Below, piece after piece: positions 35,682 through 45,034 of a stretch of DNA of 64,000 nucleotides. The notes below the pieces were generated by a model that was given only the letters and a program-made list of their open reading frames with translations, was not told the origin of the DNA and did no database searches. Positions within the stretch are counted from its first letter, which is position 1, and the number at the start of each line of letters is the position of its first letter. Position numbers and translations under genes: made by a program. This DNA comes from an uncultured Methanomassiliicoccales archaeon (GTDB lineage Archaea > Thermoplasmatota > Thermoplasmata > Methanomassiliicoccales > Methanomethylophilaceae): contig CAZJWD010000003.1 of assembly GCA_964550065.1 (NCBI GenBank), forward strand, positions 93,403 to 157,402, read 5' to 3'.

Positions 35682-36461
35682 TTACATTTCTACACTAACC
35701 ATTTTCGATTTCGGATACTTGTTGCCTATAGGATGGTTTCTCCCGGACATGATGATTGCGGTGACGTATGGCACGGGATGTCCAGTTTGGCTAAGATAGA
35801 CCTTATACGGCGCATACCATATGATGTAATCTACCCTATCATCGTCAAAACATCTGAGCATCATCTCATCTGCATAATATTTGTGAATGCGTCCAGAAAG
35901 ATGTTGTCCGATCTTCGGATTATGTGTCGGCTTCTTGTTCACGATGTACGGTGTTGATTCATCGTAAATAAAGAAAATTAACTTCTTACAGTTCGGATGA
36001 TTGGTCGTGTAAAGATCAATTTTCCCCTTGTGCTTGTCAACAACACGATGCACATTTGATACATATCTGGAATAGTTATGGTCTTCATCGTATGGCAAAT
36101 CTGACGACCCGAGTACCGCCATCATAACATCATCATCCAATCTGAATGATTCCTCCAGTTTTTTGTACATCTGGGACTCTGCGGCCTTAGTCTTGTTAAT
36201 CACCTTGCCAGCATCCTCAAAAGCACGATCATCGACAGACATTACCTCCATCATGATACCCAATTCCTCTGAAAAGAAATCCGGTGGATAATCTGCCTTT
36301 CCAAAATTATGTGTCCATTTACACCAATTCCAATCATCTATGACTAATCCCAAAATTTGTTTTAGCTCGTCGTGTTCTCTCTGATTCCTTGAAATTATCA
36401 AAATGTCTGATTGTCTAAACCTCCCCAATACGCTATCCTCTGAATCGGCCCGCTTCAACAA
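35682..36461 (-). CDS. Hypothetical protein (orphan) in AT-rich insert
   Basis: 259-codon ORF with no recognisable family motif. The start would be TTG at 36461; the first ATG is at 36254 (codon 70). Divergent from the GHKL-nuclease gene. Confidence 0.45.
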   Translation of the reverse strand: MLKRADSEDSVLGRFRQSDILIISRNQREHDELKQILGLVIDDWNWCKWTHNFGKADYPPDFFSEELGIMMEVMSVDDRAFEDAGKVINKTKAAESQMYKKLEESFRLDDDVMMAVLGSSDLPYDEDHNYSRYVSNVHRVVDKHKGKIDLYTTNHPNCKKLIFFIYDESTPYIVNKKPTHNPKIGQHLSGRIHKYYADEMMLRCFDDDRVDYIIWYAPYKVYLSQTGHPVPYVTAIIMSGRNHPIGNKYPKSKMVSVEM

Positions 36462-36552
36462 CTCACCCCCGATAAATAATTGGATTGCTCAAATTATCGA
36501 ACAAAGTAAATTAACATTAATCATTAATAATACAAAAGAAACTCACACATGT

Positions 36553-38607
36553 ATGACAATGGATGTCGATTTTGAAAGTGCGGTTGACAATATGGTAGTC
36601 GCACATTCCAATGCTATTAAAACCGTACTGGAGGCTGTCACCAACTCCATACAATCTTGTCGTTACGACAACAATAGCCATCACATCTATGTCAGGCTAC
36701 TATCACAAACCAGGACGATTGACGGTAAAGAATCTACGATTATCGATGGATTTCAAATAATTGATGATGGAGAAGGATTCACGGATGAAAATTATTCATC
36801 ATTCAAAACAATTGGTTCAAGATTGAAAAAAGTGGAATTCGGCTGTAAAGGTATGGGCAGACTTACCTGGCTGAAAGTGTTTTCAAAAGTTAACATTAAG
36901 AGTACATATGCTGTAAATGAAGAATTATTTCTAAGAGAGTTTACATTCACAATGAAGGATAATGGTGTGAAGGGTGGAGAAACCCCAACCAAATCAGATG
37001 GCAAACCTAACTTGGAAACAATAATTACTATAAGTGGGTGTAAGCCGGATTACAAGAACGATATTCAAGTGACTGTAAAAGCACTTTCTTCAAAAATAGC
37101 CAATCATTGCATTAGCTTCTACTTAGACAAGAAAAATAATGTGCCGACAATCACCATCAGCAATGGCGAAGAAACAGAAAATGTCAATCAAATTTGGGAA
37201 TCTACAATATCTGATGAAGATTGTGGAACAGTATCAATCAAAGGTTATGATTTTGACTTAACTCATGTAAAATTTTACAAAAATTATGGGTTAGACAATG
37301 GGATATCATTATGTGCAGATGGTCTCGAAGTTCAACCTATAAAAAAATTCGATTATGACCTAGAAGATGAGACGCAACACAAATTCCGGTACAGATGTTT
37401 CTTGTCTGGAGAGCTGTTAAATTCAACTGTAAATCAATCGAGAGATGGTTTCAGCATAGGGATGTCCAACAGAACAATGGATAATTATGACAAACCCTCC
37501 ATCGATGAAATCCTAGACAAAGCCATCCCAATATGTGAGGATTATCTTAGAATATATTCCGACTCCCACAAAGACCGCTGTTTAAGCAGATTGAATCAAT
37601 TCATCAACACTGATGTGGGAAAATCATTCACATCTGTTCTAAAATATGATTCTGAAGTAATAACCGCAGTCAAACCCGACATGAAGGATTCAGAAATATA
37701 TAGACTAATGTCCGAACGTATGCAAAAATTAGAATCAGAATTGTTGTTTACGTCCAGTCTTGATAAAAATCCAAAAACTGATACATCTAAAGCGGTTGAA
37801 AGGCGGATGGAGCTCATAACTAGTGTTCAGAAAGATGAGTTAACAAAAATGTTTGTGCATAGGGGGCTTATCCTATCTGCGTTCGATGAACGCCTTGAAG
37901 CTCTCAATAGGATGTATCCTAAAAAGAATAATGAGTATAAGATGGAACTTGAGTCCGTAATACATGATCTCATTCTTCCGAGAGGTACGGATGCTAAAAA
38001 CCAACCTGTTCTTAGCAGTTGTAATTTGTGGATTTTAGACGAACGCCTCAATACATATGCATTTCAAGGTGCTTATTCCGATTTAAAAATCAAATCTATC
38101 TCTGATTCAGATTCTGAAGATCGCCCAGACATCTTCATTTTTGGTGATATTAAAGACAACATGGTTGCGGAAAGTATCAGCATTATTGAATTCAAAAGAC
38201 CTAATAGGAAAGATAAGAAGATAATCGATCAGATAAACCGGTATATTGATGAATTTATTGATCACGGAGTATACAACTACCGCAGAGAAAAGGTAACTAT
38301 TGATCGTAATACGACGACATTTTTCTGTTATGCGGTATGCGATACAAATTCTGATGATTTTAAAAGGGAATTACGTCACTATAATATGAATGAAAAATTT
38401 GGCGGCCGTGGTTATTATTCATGGAACGGTCAAACCCGCACGGCGTATGATGTCATCGACCACCATCAAGTATTTGCAGACGCTAAATGCAGATACAAAG
38501 TCTTTTTCACATTAATCGGATTAGAAGTAAATTCGGACTGTGTAACTGTCACCAAAGGACAAAATGGCGAAAAAACAATAATTAATTTGAATGAAAATGC
38601 TAAATGA
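36553..38607 (+). CDS. GHKL (Bergerat-fold) ATPase fused to a C-terminal PD-(D/E)xK nuclease-like domain
   Basis: N box LEAVTNSIQS, G1 box IIDDGEGF, G2 box GCKGMGRLTW. C-terminus has RPDIFIFGD...ISIIEFKRP (PD, about 19 residues, EFK). ATG at 36553 chosen; the upstream part of the ORF overlaps the divergent gene. Confidence 0.65.
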   Translation: MTMDVDFESAVDNMVVAHSNAIKTVLEAVTNSIQSCRYDNNSHHIYVRLLSQTRTIDGKESTIIDGFQIIDDGEGFTDENYSSFKTIGSRLKKVEFGCKGMGRLTWLKVFSKVNIKSTYAVNEELFLREFTFTMKDNGVKGGETPTKSDGKPNLETIITISGCKPDYKNDIQVTVKALSSKIANHCISFYLDKKNNVPTITISNGEETENVNQIWESTISDEDCGTVSIKGYDFDLTHVKFYKNYGLDNGISLCADGLEVQPIKKFDYDLEDETQHKFRYRCFLSGELLNSTVNQSRDGFSIGMSNRTMDNYDKPSIDEILDKAIPICEDYLRIYSDSHKDRCLSRLNQFINTDVGKSFTSVLKYDSEVITAVKPDMKDSEIYRLMSERMQKLESELLFTSSLDKNPKTDTSKAVERRMELITSVQKDELTKMFVHRGLILSAFDERLEALNRMYPKKNNEYKMELESVIHDLILPRGTDAKNQPVLSSCNLWILDERLNTYAFQGAYSDLKIKSISDSDSEDRPDIFIFGDIKDNMVAESISIIEFKRPNRKDKKIIDQINRYIDEFIDHGVYNYRREKVTIDRNTTTFFCYAVCDTNSDDFKRELRHYNMNEKFGGRGYYSWNGQTRTAYDVIDHHQVFADAKCRYKVFFTLIGLEVNSDCVTVTKGQNGEKTIINLNENAK

Positions 38608-39379
38608 CCTAATGAGTATATGCAACCCCAAGTCTGAAGCACCTGGATCGGCAACCATCGAGTCCCATTTAATAACAACAAATCAGTATTGAATAGTTTG
38701 CGTGAAACACCACCATAGGATATGACTCCCCTATGCCCGCATCTGCGTACTCCTGATTCTTTTGCTAAAGACGTTTTCAGAGGAAATCGCAACATAACGA
38801 GAGGAAATTAATCTTGCATCCTGGATTCCCGAGTTTATAATTTACATCCTGAGTTTGATATATACCTATTGGATTTTAAAACTCTGCGCGGAGACTGACC
38901 CCCTGCACAATCCGCGTACTGGACGAGATGAGAGTCGGCCCCTTGTTCTATTTCAATAACCAAACCAAAAACAGTCTGAAAGGCCAATAAACCATCGAAA
39001 TCCAACGTATTAGAGTTATAGCGTCCAACTCGCGCGTATCCATCCAAAACAGTCTTCACAAGCAGAAAACCCTAGTTTCAAAGAAGAAAAAGGACAACGT
39101 ACTGGCCGACCATCAATTCAATGATACAATCCTCGAACACCCTTATATTGATTCACAAAACCCAGCACAACAGACTCACACCAACATCAAGTTATATCTC
39201 GGCTACAGCCCCGGACTTCTACCACAGCAATGGAAACACATTAATCGTAAATTCAACGAACCGTCAGGCCAAGAAAACTTATGCACTGCCAGGATTAAAA
39301 TTCCGAATGCTATTTACATCCACAAGCACGTATCGATGCTACCTCTCATCGATTTAATACAAATATACTCATCTAAGGG

Positions 39380-41179
39380 TCATCCTTCGAGTACATCATT
39401 GCTTTCTTCCATCGTCGAACCATCTTGTTCAAAACAATCTATATTTAAATTCCAAAACTCCTTCATTTCTTTCCGAATCTCTTCCGATCTTGATTTGATG
39501 AACTCGGAATACGCTTCATCCCTGTACAAATTATAAGTATCTCCAGTGATGAAATGGTCCTCCAGTTTATCTTTAAATTTGTTCTCTCCACCCAGAGATT
39601 CAATAATTCTGTCCGTATATACTTTGACGGGATCATCGCTTATGGCCTCATTCGTTGAGTTTATAAGATAGGTAAGATTGAAAACAGAATCCACATCCTC
39701 GTAGTATGGCTTGTACCTATGTTCTGGGAACAGATGATGAAGATTCGAAACGTTGAGTTCCACAACATCGTCCCGATAAAAATCAGTCGGATTCTTCCGA
39801 TAGAGAATGCATCTGAGCGCCATGGCTATTGCGCCCTTATCGCTCTTCTTAAACTGTTTAAATCTATTATAGTCCCAATGTATGCAGCACTCGAAACCAG
39901 TACTTGGATCGGGTTCTGTATCAGACATTATCCACTCGCATAGGGCAGTGAAATCCTTACCCATCTTTCCTGGAGCTCCATCCGCATATCTTTCATTGAA
40001 TGCTGTGTAAAAGAAGTATTTCACCACCTTCTGATCCGCCTCTGTCTGATCAATCTGAGACATACGGGAGTACCCGGATTTCATTAACGCGGCCGAAATG
40101 ACGGGCAAAACCACGGAGTATGGCAATAATCCCATGGTTGACTTGGTTCTTGCTACTCCGTTAAGGATTTCTGCTGTTTTGACCAAAGCTTGTATCGCTT
40201 CATCCCAATTGGATTTGATGTCAGATGCGCTTAAGGATTTAGCCAGTGCATTCTTTTTGTGATCCACTCCATTTCTTAAAGCTATGGTTTGGAGAATAAC
40301 TTCACGGTTTCTGTATTCATCTTTGTTTTCGTCTTTTACAAACATGGGTCTGAGGGATGGATTTGCCTGAATTGCATAATCTAGCATCATCTTTATATCC
40401 ACATCAGCGTCTTCTGCCAAATACTTGGCAACACATATATCGAATGAATCCAATTTGATTCCTGTATTGTTCAGTGTTTCAAATATTCTGCATATTGCAG
40501 ACACGTCCATACCCTTTGATAGAGTTAAAGTTTGAAACGAGTATTGAGTAAAAGGTTGCAGAAGACTTCTAAACTGAACGTCTAGAAATTCCTTCTGTTC
40601 TTCGGTTTTATTTGCACTTTTTAGGTATTCTCTAAAAAAGTTATTGAATGTAACATCATCTTTGAGTAAATAAAATGGAATCAGATTGCCCTCAATAATG
40701 TTGTCTGGTTCTTTTTTCAGCTTTCTCGTTACTATTATCTTGTCACTATTGTTGTCAACAAGAGAGATGTTCGAAATATCATACTTCTTACCAGACATTC
40801 CCACTTCTAGACACTTACGATAAAGTGCGTCCATGTCTATGAAGAAATATTTTCTTGTTCCATCATTATATATACGCCCCTTGTTGTAAAATGCATTGTA
40901 ACACGAGGTAAGACGCTGTTGACCATCCAACACCAAGGCTTCTGATTCATTCGTGCCATTCGAATTTTTGAATAGTTGTTTCGCCAAGAATCCCTCGTCC
41001 GGCATTATTAGAAGTACGCCTGTTGGATAGTTATGGAATATTGAGTCTAAAAGAAGAATAATATCACTGTCTTTCCACACAAACGCTCTTTGGAAAGTTG
41101 GCAACCTCCATTCTCCATTATCGACTTTTTCTAAAGCCTCTTGAATGTTGTATTGCTCTGACTTGACATTATTCGACAT
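39380..41179 (-). CDS. GmrSD-family (DUF262 + DUF1524) type IV modification-dependent restriction endonuclease
   Basis: WRLPTFQRAFVWKDSDIILLLDSI and LVLDGQQRLTS (DUF262), C-terminal NLHHLFPEHRY...N (His-Me/DUF1524). ATG at 41179 is preceded by TTTAATATTATC about 20 nt upstream. Confidence 0.8.
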   Translation of the reverse strand: MSNNVKSEQYNIQEALEKVDNGEWRLPTFQRAFVWKDSDIILLLDSIFHNYPTGVLLIMPDEGFLAKQLFKNSNGTNESEALVLDGQQRLTSCYNAFYNKGRIYNDGTRKYFFIDMDALYRKCLEVGMSGKKYDISNISLVDNNSDKIIVTRKLKKEPDNIIEGNLIPFYLLKDDVTFNNFFREYLKSANKTEEQKEFLDVQFRSLLQPFTQYSFQTLTLSKGMDVSAICRIFETLNNTGIKLDSFDICVAKYLAEDADVDIKMMLDYAIQANPSLRPMFVKDENKDEYRNREVILQTIALRNGVDHKKNALAKSLSASDIKSNWDEAIQALVKTAEILNGVARTKSTMGLLPYSVVLPVISAALMKSGYSRMSQIDQTEADQKVVKYFFYTAFNERYADGAPGKMGKDFTALCEWIMSDTEPDPSTGFECCIHWDYNRFKQFKKSDKGAIAMALRCILYRKNPTDFYRDDVVELNVSNLHHLFPEHRYKPYYEDVDSVFNLTYLINSTNEAISDDPVKVYTDRIIESLGGENKFKDKLEDHFITGDTYNLYRDEAYSEFIKSRSEEIRKEMKEFWNLNIDCFEQDGSTMEESNDVLEG

Positions 41180-41517
41180 AGTTGATACTCGGTTTGATAA
41201 TATTAAATGATAATGAAGAACAGATTCTCGCATTTGCACCTGACTACCTCGCAATATAATATTCCAAACTAATTCAACCAAGGAATCAATAAGTAACATA
41301 CCCGAATCATCGAATAACACTTGCACGCTCGCCACTCTTGTATCCAGAATTTACGGGTTTTCGTTTTTAAATACACGACTGGGTATAACTGGGCACTCTT
41401 TGTACACATCTACCTAAATCTAATAGAATCTAGAAGCATACCGACGAACCAGATTTGACACTTACCTGACAAAAGAAGATTCAATATTGGTCGATGCAGT
41501 CCACCGGTTCTGTCAAA

Positions 41518-42735
41518 TCATCGTTGTGAATAAATTTCGTAAACCCTTTTCCCCATCCTCTCGACCAAGGGGACCACTAGCGCGTTTCCCATGGTGAAGT
41601 ATCTCTGACGCTCCGACATGCCTGTGTCGGTCCAATTGTCCGGGAACCCGTTGAGCCTCTCACACTCCACCGGCGTCAGGATTCTGAGCCTCCTGGTCTG
41701 AGGGTCCTCGATGAGATGACTGGAACGGTTCGTCGTGCCCTCGCTGGTCAGCATGGTGCGACCAGGGCGATCGAGTATGTCCGGGAAAGGTATGGCCCCC
41801 TCTGAATAGTAGTAAGTGGATCCATCCCTCCTCTCACGGAGCTCCCTCTTGGACCCCTTCATGTACTCCCATCTGGCGATGTCGATCGAGTAGTACCTCT
41901 CACCCACGTCATCCTGAAGCACGTCCCTGAGGTTTACCGTCCTGTCAGGGGTCACAGGTTCGACGTCCTCCGTGAAGACCATGTAGTCGACCATCACACC
42001 GGCATGATGGAAGTCCTGCTCGAACCGGTCGGACACATCGATGAGCGTCGGGTACTCTGACGGGGCGACGGAGAACTCCCCCTCCTTCCTGCGATTAAAG
42101 ACGGGATTGACGGGGAACGGTCCGGAGAAGAATCCGGAACGTTCGACGATGTCCCTCAAATCATGCACCCTGTATGTGTCCGCGAACTTCTCCGTGGCCT
42201 TGCATGCGAATATGAACGTCCTGCGACGCCTCTGGGGCAGACCGTAGTCCGCCGCATTGATCACGCGCCACTCGACATAGTACCCCTCGTCGGCCAGGCA
42301 GCGCAGGATTATGCCGAAGTCGCGTCCCCTCTGGCTCGCAGGGGACCTCACCAACCGGTCCACGTTCTCCAGGAGGATGAACCTTGGGGACCTGAGCTTG
42401 ATGATGTCATAGATGTTCCACCAGAGGACACCCTTCTTCCCCTCGATCCCCTTGGCCTGCGTCGCCGCCACGGAATAATCCTGACAGGGGAACCCGCCCA
42501 CCAGGAGATCGTGTTCAGGCACCTCCCTCCAGACCTCGGATATGTCCCGGTTTACGTTCACCGACCCTGTCTGGCCGAAGTGGGAGTCGTAGCATCTGAA
42601 GGCGAACTGGTCCTTCCTCCCCGGCTCCCATTGGTCGGCCCACACGGTGACGAAACGGTCCGATGCCCTCTCCAGCCCTATGCGGAATCCCCCAACTCCC
42701 GCAAACAGTTCCACGACTCTTATCTCGTCACTCAT
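41518..42735 (-). CDS. dcm: DNA (cytosine-5)-methyltransferase
   Basis: Motif I VVELFAGVGGF, IV GGFPCQDYS, VI LLENV, VIII QRRRR, X GNALVVPLV. Internal ATG at 42735. Confidence 0.9.
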   Translation of the reverse strand: MSDEIRVVELFAGVGGFRIGLERASDRFVTVWADQWEPGRKDQFAFRCYDSHFGQTGSVNVNRDISEVWREVPEHDLLVGGFPCQDYSVAATQAKGIEGKKGVLWWNIYDIIKLRSPRFILLENVDRLVRSPASQRGRDFGIILRCLADEGYYVEWRVINAADYGLPQRRRRTFIFACKATEKFADTYRVHDLRDIVERSGFFSGPFPVNPVFNRRKEGEFSVAPSEYPTLIDVSDRFEQDFHHAGVMVDYMVFTEDVEPVTPDRTVNLRDVLQDDVGERYYSIDIARWEYMKGSKRELRERRDGSTYYYSEGAIPFPDILDRPGRTMLTSEGTTNRSSHLIEDPQTRRLRILTPVECERLNGFPDNWTDTGMSERQRYFTMGNALVVPLVERMGKRVYEIYSQR

Positions 42736-42892
42736 CGACGGATGGGAGACCGTCCATCTAGATAAACCTGAGTTGGACAGTTGTGCCGATTCCAAAGGAC
42801 GACTTCAGGATTGACCGCATATACACAGATTAAGACGACCTCACAAAACGCATTTCTACTGTTTCGGATACTTATTCGGGGTAACCGATGGT

Positions 42893-42922
42893 GCTTTCCG
42901 GGGTCGCAGACCCCCGGAAAGC
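42893..42922. promoter_or_regulatory. Perfect 11-bp inverted repeat (hairpin/operator candidate) in the dcm / endonuclease divergent spacer
   Basis: GCTTTCCGGGG-(8 nt)-CCCCGGAAAGC. Confidence 0.45.
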
Positions 42923-43170
42923 CGTATAAAATACTGACTGTCCAATGACATCCAGATACCATATTTTTTCGAATGTCTGGCTATGCCCGTTGGACAGCAG
43001 GAATTCTTCATAAAAAAAATTCCATCCGGGTCTTAGATGTATAGTTCCTATTCGACAATCGATATCGGAGTGAAGTGTAATCAGAATAATGCCTCAAACT
43101 GGAAACTCAGCTGTCCAGTTCGAGATGAACATGGCGATCGAATTATCTTAGAGCACATGGATTGCCACCC

Positions 43171-44628
43171 ATGAAGGTCAGAAGAAGGGGTCCCGGCGAG
43201 ACGGCAGAGAAAGGATCGCTGCCGTACGACGAGCATGACCTGGAATCGATACTGCGCTACGCCGGCAGACTCACGGGCAGGACCCTCGGGGATTTCGTGG
43301 AGACCGAGGATCTGATCATCGGGGACGTCCGCTCGAAAGGTAAGTTCGGACAGATCGTGGAGAGCGAATTCTTCATGATACCCAACAACAACTTCGGGGA
43401 ACCTGACTTCCGCGAGGTCGGCCTGGAACTCAAGGTCGCACCGATGAAAGGGGGAAAGGATAGCCTGGTGTCCAAGGAGAGACTGGTCCTGGGCATCATC
43501 GACTACGACGAGATCCCGTCCAGGGGTTTCGACATGTTCCTACACAAGGGCTCGCACATCCTGATCGTGTTCTACCAGTGGAGTGAGGAGACGGACATAC
43601 TGTCATATCCCATCCTGAAGGTCGTCGATTGGAGGCCGACGGAGGAGGAACTCCGTCTGATCCGTGAGGATTGGGATGTCATCGAAGGTTATGTCCTCCG
43701 TGGGGAGGCGGAAAAACTCTCCGAGAGACATACAAAATATCTCGCGGCCAACACCAAAGGCACGGGACATGACTCCGACCTCCGCTCGCAACCGTTCTCG
43801 GATGTGCCCGCCAAACAAAGGTCGTTATCGTTCAAAGCACCGTTCATGACAGCCCTGTTCCACTCCCACCACGATGTCAACGAACTGTTCGTCGATGCGC
43901 CCCGTGACACAGACATCGAGTACATGCCGGATTCGGTCATCGACGGCACATGGACCGAAGGACAGACTTTCGAGGACTATGTGGAATCGAAACTGGAGAG
44001 GTTCGTCGGGAGGACCTGCATCGAGATAGAGAGGATGCTCGGGGTGGAAATCAATGAATCCAAACAGTACTACCACACCCTGACCCTCGCGATGTTCGGC
44101 GTACAGGGGAAGAAACGCATAAAGGAATTCGACCAGGCGAGAATACTGATCAAGACTGTCAGGATAAAGAAAAATGGGAGACCGAAAGAAAGCATGTCCT
44201 TCCCGACCTTCAGATACGGGGACATCGTCAATCAGACATGGGAGACCAGCGATTTCCACGATCAAATCGACCGTGAGTTCTTCATGCCCGTGTTCCAGTT
44301 CAATACAGACAACCCCCGTGACGAAGGACGCAAGGACCTCACCTTCATAGGAGCGTTCTTCTGGTATGTGCCGGATGGGGACTTCGATGTCATCCGGGAT
44401 GTCTGGGAGGAGACACGTGACCAGATAGACAGGATGGACTTCGACCATTTCATCGGATCGTCCCAGGGTCGCATAGCCCATGTCAGGCCTCATGGCAGGA
44501 ACAAGGACGACACGTATCCGTTCAGAGGCGGACGCTACACGAAACGGAGCTTCTGGTTCAACGATAACTACATACGGACCGTGGTCAGGGACGGACTGGA
44601 CAGGCTTAGGTCAGGAAAGAAGGGCTGA
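43171..44628 (+). CDS. Sau3AI/MutH-family type II restriction endonuclease
   Basis: LTGRTLGDF...SKGKFGQIVESEFF...EPDFREVGLELKVAP (D-x6-E-x-K, as in MutH). About 485 aa, like the two-domain Sau3AI. ATG at 43171 (TTG at 43162 also possible). Confidence 0.7.
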   Translation: MKVRRRGPGETAEKGSLPYDEHDLESILRYAGRLTGRTLGDFVETEDLIIGDVRSKGKFGQIVESEFFMIPNNNFGEPDFREVGLELKVAPMKGGKDSLVSKERLVLGIIDYDEIPSRGFDMFLHKGSHILIVFYQWSEETDILSYPILKVVDWRPTEEELRLIREDWDVIEGYVLRGEAEKLSERHTKYLAANTKGTGHDSDLRSQPFSDVPAKQRSLSFKAPFMTALFHSHHDVNELFVDAPRDTDIEYMPDSVIDGTWTEGQTFEDYVESKLERFVGRTCIEIERMLGVEINESKQYYHTLTLAMFGVQGKKRIKEFDQARILIKTVRIKKNGRPKESMSFPTFRYGDIVNQTWETSDFHDQIDREFFMPVFQFNTDNPRDEGRKDLTFIGAFFWYVPDGDFDVIRDVWEETRDQIDRMDFDHFIGSSQGRIAHVRPHGRNKDDTYPFRGGRYTKRSFWFNDNYIRTVVRDGLDRLRSGKKG

Positions 44629-45027
44629 CAGCATCGCCGCCACGGCCTCGGGATCCCTCCTGATCTCACATTCCCACACGACCACCACCGTCCATCCGAG
44701 TCCCTCGAGCTCCGATATATTCCTACGGTCACGCTCGACGTTCCTCTCGAACTTCCCCTGCCAGAACTCACGGTTATGCTCCGGCAGGGGGAGATCACAT
44801 GAAGGGCACCTGTGCCAGAAGCAGCCATTGACGAATATCGCCACCTTCCTGCCGGGATAGCATATGTCGGGCCTCCCGGGTACCTTCCACTGCAGTCTGT
44901 AACCTGGGAACCCCGCGTCGCGAAGTGCCTTCCTGACCATCAACTCGGGTTTGGTGTCCCTACGTTTGTTGGCCTTCATGGACCGGACTGTGTTCTCGTT
45001 CAACGGCTCACATGCGGACATGGTCAA
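44611..45027 (-). CDS. vsr: Very-short-patch repair endonuclease
   Basis: RRDTKPELMVRKALRDAGFPGYRLQWKVPGRPDICYPGRKVAIFVNGCFWHRCP. Confidence 0.9.
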   Translation of the reverse strand: MTMSACEPLNENTVRSMKANKRRDTKPELMVRKALRDAGFPGYRLQWKVPGRPDICYPGRKVAIFVNGCFWHRCPSCDLPLPEHNREFWQGKFERNVERDRRNISELEGLGWTVVVVWECEIRRDPEAVAAMLSALLS

Positions 45028-45034
45028 CCACCCG

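Noticed and set aside
36255-36552. A possible small ORF or leader peptide in the AT-rich spacer between the divergent orphan and GHKL genes
   Set aside because: The ORF-track extension of the GHKL gene (36403..36552) overlaps the divergent gene and has a low-complexity Asn/Ile/Ser composition. There is no support for separate coding.
42893-42922. The hairpin GCTTTCCGGGG...CCCCGGAAAGC as a tRNA T-arm fragment or att site matching tRNA-Gly
   Set aside because: The loop (TCGCAGAC) and stem do not match the tRNA-Gly T arm (CCGGG-TTCGAAT-CCCGG). No acceptor-stem similarity follows.
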